Of a stretch of DNA of 64,000 nt, positions 59,536-64,000 are shown in pieces. Made by a program: the position numbers and the translations under genes. The stretch is taken from IMG/VR virus record IMGVR_UViG_3300042350_002797, positions 186,001 through 250,000 of that record. One strand, 5' to 3'. Every line of letters starts with the position of its first letter. Position 1 is the stretch's first letter. Under the pieces are notes generated by a model. The model made no database searches and had not been told where the DNA came from. It saw only the letters and a program-made list of their open reading frames with translations.

Positions 59536-59742
59536 TTACTTCTGATATTTCTGATTCATTTCGTCTATAGTTTGATCCCACTTTAATTGTGCTAAAGCTA
59601 ATGTATATACAAGATAACCAGCAAATGAAAGTGCCAACACTGCTACTGCCCAATTAGGCAAATAACTCATTACAAAACCGGTAACAAAACCAGTTAACAT
59701 TACTCCCGCAGTTATTAGAGCTGCTTTAAGTTTTATGTTCAT
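59536..59742 (-). CDS. Small membrane protein
   Basis: Two hydrophobic segments; RBS AAGGA. Confidence 0.55.
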   Translation of the reverse strand: MNIKLKAALITAGVMLTGFVTGFVMSYLPNWAVAVLALSFAGYLVYTLALAQLKWDQTIDEMNQKYQK

Positions 59743-59828
59743 TTCTGTTTCCTTTCAAGAACTTAACTAATGAACCTATATATTACATGAAGTTCAAAAA
59801 AAGTTCAAGAACTATTTTTACCAAAATC

Positions 59829-59927
59829 TGGTGTGGTCGGTAGGCTTCGAACCTACAAGAGCTTGGCTTTGCCTGTGCCCATCCCCGACCCAACGAGTGG
59901 GAGCTTTTCCAGTTTGCTTACGACCAC
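59829..59927 (-). ncRNA. tRNA-like RNA with non-canonical anticodon arm
   Basis: Acceptor GTGGTCG/CGACCAC-ACCA, D-arm and T-arm GTAGG-TTCGAAG-CCTAC are present, but there is no 5-bp/7-nt anticodon arm. Confidence 0.75.
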
Positions 59928-59932
59928 AGCTA

Positions 59933-59961
59933 ATTATATAGTCGTAAATGGTAACTGTCAA
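59933..59961 (-). promoter_or_regulatory. Consensus sigma70 promoter for the tRNA-like RNA
   Basis: TTGACA-17-TATAAT; predicted start site at about the RNA 5' end. Confidence 0.85.
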
Positions 59962-59963
59962 GC

Positions 59964-60143
59964 TTATTCTGCTCTCCATTCTACTCTGCCATATTGATCA
60001 ATATGAGCAATACTTTGCTGTCTTTTTACTTCAACGTATTCTCGACGATCTTCTATAATAGTCCCGCCTCTCTGAACCAATTCAGAGATTTTTATTTTAG
60101 CAACTTGTGTTGCTGGTTCAAATTTTTTAAATTTAATTTCCAT
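59964..60143 (-). CDS. Small hypothetical protein (59 aa)
   Basis: Not in track. MEIKFKKFEPATQ...IDQYGRVEWRAE*; RBS AAGGAG. Confidence 0.65.
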   Translation of the reverse strand: MEIKFKKFEPATQVAKIKISELVQRGGTIIEDRREYVEVKRQQSIAHIDQYGRVEWRAE

Positions 60144-60157
60144 AATTATCTCCTTAT

Positions 60158-60232
60158 TGGCCGGTCCGGAGAGATTCGAACTCCCGACAGCTGGTTTCGA
60201 AGACCAGAACTCTTCCGCTGAGCTACGGACCG
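60158..60232 (-). tRNA. tRNA-Arg(TCG)
   Basis: CTGGT-CT TCG AA-ACCAG; ends GCCA. Confidence 0.9.
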
Positions 60233-60238
60233 AAAACT

Positions 60239-60313
60239 TGGAGCGGATAATCAGATTCGAACTGATGACCTACACGTTGGCAACGTGTCGCACTACCACT
60301 GTGCTATACCCGC
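60239..60313 (-). tRNA. tRNA-Gly(GCC)
   Basis: ACACG-TT GCC AA-CGTGT; ends TCCA. Confidence 0.95.
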
Positions 60314-60317
60314 TTAT

Positions 60318-60399
60318 TGGTGCGCATGGAGGGACTCGAACCCCCACCCCGAAAGACTAGTTCCTAAGACTAGCGTGTCTACCATTCCACCACATGCGC
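60318..60399 (-). tRNA. tRNA-Leu(TAG)
   Basis: CTAGT-CT TAG GA-ACTAG; variable arm; ends ACCA. Confidence 0.93.
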
Positions 60400-60422
60400 A
60401 TAAAACTATTTAAAAATAAACT

Positions 60423-60500
60423 TGGAGCTTAGGGTCGGATTTGAACCGACGACTTTACGGTTTTGCAGACCGTTCCATTGGACCACTCTGGCACCTAAGC
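60423..60500 (-). tRNA. tRNA-Cys(GCA)
   Basis: ACGGT-CT GCA AA-ACCGT; U73. Confidence 0.93.
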
Positions 60501-60501
60501 G

Positions 60502-61062
60502 TTAAAATTCTACCCACTCACGAAATCTTACACTCAACGATAATCGTTGTTGTGATCCTGAGTTGAATATACTATGAGGAACATCTATTCTATACAATGT
60601 CGGTTCTGTCAAATAATAGCTGTCAATTTCTTCTACATCCTCTAACTCGAATACATGCCCTTCAGGCAAAGAATTATATTCTAAATATTCTTTAGATTCA
60701 ACTTTTTTCTTATCAGAGTTTTTAGTTATAAATTTTTCTTGATCTTTAACTTTATAAAAACTAGTTCTAGTTTCCGTTGTACAATTGTAAATTGGTATGT
60801 TAAGTGAAAAAGGAAAAGTTATTTTCCAATCAGTATGAATTGGCCATAATTTATTCGGAGGAACCGAAACAACTGCAACATCATTAACATTACTCCAATC
60901 AGTATATATTGAAATACCATCGACTAAAGGTTTACATTTTTGAAATAAGATCGGATCATGACTTCTAAAACCTCCATGTATTTTATAATCATCAGGTAGA
61001 TTCTTATAAACAATATCGCCAATTTTTTCCCAATCGGGTATTTTCACAGATTTGTATAGCAT
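60502..61062 (-). CDS. Putative Fe(II)/2OG oxygenase (paralog of the 51032 gene)
   Basis: IHTD, LNIPIYNC, PTLYRIDVPHSI.N, RLSLSVRF. Confidence 0.6.
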   Translation of the reverse strand: MLYKSVKIPDWEKIGDIVYKNLPDDYKIHGGFRSHDPILFQKCKPLVDGISIYTDWSNVNDVAVVSVPPNKLWPIHTDWKITFPFSLNIPIYNCTTETRTSFYKVKDQEKFITKNSDKKKVESKEYLEYNSLPEGHVFELEDVEEIDSYYLTEPTLYRIDVPHSIFNSGSQQRLSLSVRFREWVEF

Positions 61063-61072
61063 AAGTATATAT

Positions 61073-61708
61073 ATGACAAATTTTTATTCACTTTCTTTTC
61101 CTGTATTGCCTGACAATTTAAATCGACAACTTTTACAATATGCTCTCGATAAAAAAGATACATCAGGGTTCGACGTAATTAACATCAACGAAGTAAACCA
61201 GGAGACTTTAACATTTAAAGACTTTCATAAAGAAACAAACACAAATATAACTTCTTATTTTATAATCCCATTATCTGAAGAATTAAAAAAAGAAATACAC
61301 TCTTTTTTAGGAGATTCTTTGTTTCCGCATTCTAAAATAGATTATTATTTACATTATATAGTCGGAGATTCAAAATTTGTTCCCCATCGAGATCCTGGAA
61401 GGACAGTTTGTTTTCTTTATAATTTAACTGATGACAATGCCGATACAATTTGGTTTAAATCTAAAAATAATGATAAAAAAATAATGTATCTTTTAAATGA
61501 GATCGATCAGATTGAGTCTAAAAAATTTGAAAAGCACCAGTGGTATTTGTTAAACACAGATGAAATACATGCTGTTTTTGGTATTAACGGACCTCGTATA
61601 GGATTGACCTGCAATCTAACTACGAGTTTTTCTAATATAACTACCTTCGAATCTTTTGTAAAACAATACGACAATTTACTGGTTGCGGAGAACAGGAATC
61701 GAACCTGA
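61073..61708 (+). CDS. Putative Fe(II)/2OG oxygenase
   Basis: PHRD, T.WF, WYLLNT..IHAV, PRIGL; 3' end overlaps tRNA-Met on the opposite strand. Confidence 0.6.
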   Translation: MTNFYSLSFPVLPDNLNRQLLQYALDKKDTSGFDVININEVNQETLTFKDFHKETNTNITSYFIIPLSEELKKEIHSFLGDSLFPHSKIDYYLHYIVGDSKFVPHRDPGRTVCFLYNLTDDNADTIWFKSKNNDKKIMYLLNEIDQIESKKFEKHQWYLLNTDEIHAVFGINGPRIGLTCNLTTSFSNITTFESFVKQYDNLLVAENRNRT

Positions 61709-61756
61709 TGTCTTCAGCTTATGAGACTGACGAGTAAACCGTTTCTCCCCTCCGCC
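61680..61756 (-). tRNA. tRNA-Met(CAT), initiator-like
   Basis: TCAGT-CT CAT AA-GCTGA; G1:A72 mismatch; A11:U24. Confidence 0.85.
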
Positions 61757-61760
61757 ATTA

Positions 61761-62588
61761 TTAATCTGTATAAATTTTCGAATAATCGAAAGCTATTCGA
61801 TGTAAAACTCTATTGGCCATATCTTCAAATGGCCAACGTTTATGAATACTTAACCATTGTTCAGAAATTACAATGTCTCCGTCTTCCCAATCATGATGAT
61901 AAACATATTTTTCTTGTAAGATATGATCAGTTAAAAGATTCATAATTTCTTTAAACTCTTTTTCTTCGTAGTTTTCAAATCCGAAAATTTGTAGAAAAGG
62001 AAAAAATAAACCTTTGTTTCCTTCTTTATTAATTTGTACTAAATTAACCGGATTATCTTTATCTATATGTTCTATAAAAAATCTACTATTGGAATATGAA
62101 CCTACTTTGTATCCACAGTATACTTTGATATTGTTAATTTTTTCTTTTATGTCGCTAGGCAAATCTTCATAAGAACGGATGTTGTTTATCCAACTAGTTC
62201 TTGAACCTTTTGTTCCTTCTACACCATACAACCAAATTAATGGAGATCGTTGCTTGTTGCTAGGTTGATTTGCATGCCAATCTAAAGCAGCTTTATGACC
62301 AAATAATCCTTCCTCACCATACTCGTTCTTTTTTCCGGTAACACGTAGTATACCATCATTTACTCTGATGTGTTTAATTCTTTCTACGTCTGGAGGATAA
62401 TATTGATATTTTCCTATTTTAGAACAAAAATTTAACTCTTGTTCAGGAGTAAGTTTTTGATTTTTAAAAACAACAACCATGTTTTTTACAACTAACTTAC
62501 CTATTTCTATAATTTCTTGATCGGACAGATCATTTAAATTTTCATTTATAAAAACGGTCCACCCGTTGTCTGCATAACTTATATTCAT
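61761..62588 (-). CDS. TauD/TfdA family dioxygenase
   Basis: VVVFKNQKLTPE, DWHAN, WLY...GS.T.W, H.WEDGDIVI......HKR, RVLHR. Confidence 0.85.
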   Translation of the reverse strand: MNISYADNGWTVFINENLNDLSDQEIIEIGKLVVKNMVVVFKNQKLTPEQELNFCSKIGKYQYYPPDVERIKHIRVNDGILRVTGKKNEYGEEGLFGHKAALDWHANQPSNKQRSPLIWLYGVEGTKGSRTSWINNIRSYEDLPSDIKEKINNIKVYCGYKVGSYSNSRFFIEHIDKDNPVNLVQINKEGNKGLFFPFLQIFGFENYEEKEFKEIMNLLTDHILQEKYVYHHDWEDGDIVISEQWLSIHKRWPFEDMANRVLHRIAFDYSKIYTD

Positions 62589-62878
62589 AGATCTTCTACA
62601 TCTTTTCCATTATCTACATAAAATTTATCTTGTTTGTGTTTACGTTCCTGCATAGTTTCTTCTTTGAACCATTTTCGAGGATTACCACACATATAACACT
62701 TGGGATCACCGCAGTTTAGTATATGTTTCTTATGATTACGATGCGGTTGTTCTAAATACTTCCACTTACCATTGTGATGCATATAGTAATCTTTGGCTAT
62801 ACGCACTTGTCTTTCGATTGCCACTTCATCTTTATGAAGTCTCTTGCTATGATGAAACTTATCTAATTCTGTACTCAT
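62585..62878 (-). CDS. Hypothetical Cys/His-rich protein
   Basis: NCGDPKCYMCGNPRK; RBS AGGAG. Confidence 0.6.
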   Translation of the reverse strand: MSTELDKFHHSKRLHKDEVAIERQVRIAKDYYMHHNGKWKYLEQPHRNHKKHILNCGDPKCYMCGNPRKWFKEETMQERKHKQDKFYVDNGKDVEDL

Positions 62879-62892
62879 AACAATCTCCTAGT

Positions 62893-62982
62893 TGGCGGAA
62901 GCGGTGAGATTCGAACTCACGGAACATTTCTGTTCGTCTGTTTTCAAGACAGGTGCAATAAACCGGACTCTGCCACACTTCC
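62893..62982 (-). tRNA. tRNA-Ser(TGA)
   Basis: CTGT-CT TGA AA-ACAG; long variable arm; ends GCCA. Confidence 0.93.
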
Positions 62983-63001
62983 ATAATACTTATACTAATA
63001 T

Positions 63002-63093
63002 TGGTACCAGCGGTAGGAATCGAACCTACTCAAGAACGCTAATCTGGCGCTAAAAGGTGTATAAGACCTCTCTGACTTCCAAGTCTCGCTGGC
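63002..63093 (-). tRNA. tRNA-Ile(TAT), atypical
   Basis: GAGGT-CT TAT AC-ACCTT; 4-nt D-loop; long variable region; ends ACCA. Confidence 0.75.
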
Positions 63094-63112
63094 ATATTTG
63101 GTAGGAAAAATT

Positions 63113-63186
63113 TGGTAGCCCGTGACAGAATCGAACTGCCGTAACCGCCGTGTAAAGACGGAGTTCTACCATTAAACTAACGGGCC
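63113..63186 (-). tRNA. tRNA-Val(TAC)
   Basis: CCGTC-TT TAC AC-GGCGG; ends ACCA. Confidence 0.93.
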
Positions 63187-63242
63187 TTAAATTCTCTAAG
63201 ATAAGAATTTCGTTTTGTATCTTTTTTGTATCGTCTGTAGTT

Positions 63243-63265
63243 TCTACCAACTGAGCTAACCTCCC
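63243..63265 (-). pseudogene. 5' fragment of a tRNA gene
   Basis: GGGAGGTTAGCTCAGTTGGTAGA, followed by non-tRNA sequence. Confidence 0.6.
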
Positions 63266-63331
63266 ATACAGGAACACACTCACGTTTCTTATGTCTCTAT
63301 ATGCTATCTGCATATCGAGTGTGTTTTTATA

Positions 63332-63407
63332 TGGCGTCCCGTACCGGATTCGAACCGGTGTGTTCGCCGTGAAAGGGCGGTATCCTAGGCCTCTAGATGA
63401 ACGGGAC
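63332..63407 (-). tRNA. tRNA-Glu(TTC)
   Basis: CGCC-CT TTC AC-GGCG; ends GCCA. Confidence 0.95.
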
Positions 63408-63447
63408 TTTGTTTTTAAAATTGTTAAAGAACACTTACTATGCCAAC

Positions 63448-63476
63448 AGTATACAATCTTACTTTGTTACTGTCAA
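63448..63476 (-). promoter_or_regulatory. Sigma70 promoter in the tRNA cluster
   Basis: TTGACA-17-TATACT. Confidence 0.75.
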
Positions 63477-63483
63477 CAGTATT

Positions 63484-63559
63484 TGGTGCTGCCTCCAGGT
63501 TACGATCCTGGTTCCTCGGTTCTTCAGACCGGTGCTATGACCACATCAGCTAAAGCAGC
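63484..63559 (-). tRNA. tRNA-Phe(GAA)
   Basis: CGGT-CT GAA GA-ACCG; T-loop ATCGTAA. Confidence 0.88.
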
Positions 63560-63561
63560 TT

Positions 63562-63637
63562 TGGGGTGTCCTACCGGTATCGATCCGGTACTTCCAGTTT
63601 CACAGACTAGTATGCAGGCCACTACATTAAGGACACC
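63562..63637 (-). tRNA. tRNA-His(GTG)
   Basis: CTAGT-CT GTG AA-ACTGG; G-1:C73; T-loop ATCGATA. Confidence 0.9.
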
Positions 63638-63643
63638 ATTGTT

Positions 63644-63718
63644 TGGCACCGCCTAAGAGAATCGAACTCCTATTTCCTGGTTCGCAACCAAGTGTACTAT
63701 CCATTGTACTAAAGCGAT
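63644..63718 (-). tRNA. tRNA-Arg(GCG)
   Basis: CTTGG-TT GCG AA-CCAGG; ends GCCA. Confidence 0.85.
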
Positions 63719-63731
63719 AATAAATATTGCC

Positions 63732-64000
63732 ATGGAACTTCTTGATATATTATATACACCACTGGATCTGCCTGCTCCGCCTACTTGCAATGCACAATCT
63801 ATAATTGATTGGATCGATCATAATAAAGAACAATTAGAACCTTACAAACAATATGCATATGATAATGAATTAACTTCTGAAAAAAATACTAAAGTTAAAT
63901 GGCCTTGGAACATGGGGCTTGCTTATCTTAATTGGCAAGATCAAGGACCTGGGTGGCTATGTAACTTTGACAAAGAGTTTCCAGAACTCAGTAAGTATAT
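63732..64000 (+). CDS. Partial hypothetical protein, possibly related to the 49328/50161 oxygenase-like family
   Basis: MELLDILYTPLDLP..., open to the window end; TAAATA at 63721. Confidence 0.55.
   Translation, partial: MELLDILYTPLDLPAPPTCNAQSIIDWIDHNKEQLEPYKQYAYDNELTSEKNTKVKWPWNMGLAYLNWQDQGPGWLCNFDKEFPELSKY

Noticed and set aside
60318-62982. tRNAs with anticodon sequences TAG and TGA as possible suppressors or signs of recoding
   Set aside because: These anticodons read CUA (Leu) and UCA (Ser). No CTA/TCA/TTA anticodon was found, and ORFs are intact under code 11.
58445-63656. ORFs 58445..58636, 60157..60360, 63050..63313 and 63291..63656
   Set aside because: They overlap tRNA genes; the peptides are typical tRNA-translation artefacts.
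1-64000. CRISPR array, rRNA, tmRNA, integrase/transposase, introns or inteins
   Set aside because: No regular repeat-spacer pattern or diagnostic motifs seen; recognised enzymes other than the DnaE fragment have normal lengths.

Overview
AT-rich segment of a large T4-like/jumbo myophage genome. Genes lie mostly on the minus strand, use the standard genetic code, and there is no rRNA, CRISPR array or integrase. A Gram-negative host is inferred from a spanin pair and KdsA; a proteobacterial host is a weaker inference from ErpA, ClpP and a DesA-like desaturase. Layout: (1) 1-6.6 kb: spanins, PhoH, dCMP deaminase, clamp loader, NTP-PPase, GroES and a free-standing DnaE fragment. (2) 6.6-28 kb: baseplate/tail-fibre module, interrupted by a desaturase and a GT25 glycosyltransferase. 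(3) 28-43.5 kb: auxiliary genes (ErpA, UvsE, KdsA, QueD, BI-1/YccA, DNA ligase, ClpP, IF-1) driven by near-consensus sigma70 promoters. (4) 43.6-56.1 kb, the standout: a phage-borne type II fatty-acid/polyketide-like cluster with 2 ACPs, AcpS, a FabF-like ketosynthase, FabZ, 3 membrane desaturases, a Rieske oxygenase, a PP-loop ATPase, Fe(II)/2OG-like oxygenases, ABM-like barrels, GNAT-like proteins and a UbiB kinase. (5) 56.6-64 kb: 16 tRNA genes, including the rare anticodons Arg-UCG, Arg-GCG and Ile-UAU. This region also holds a tRNA-like RNA with an aberrant anticodon arm, two ~200-nt structured ncRNA candidates and further Fe/2OG oxygenases. A candidate translational RNA switch precedes queD. 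All family calls come from motif recognition by eye; no database searches or folding programs were run.
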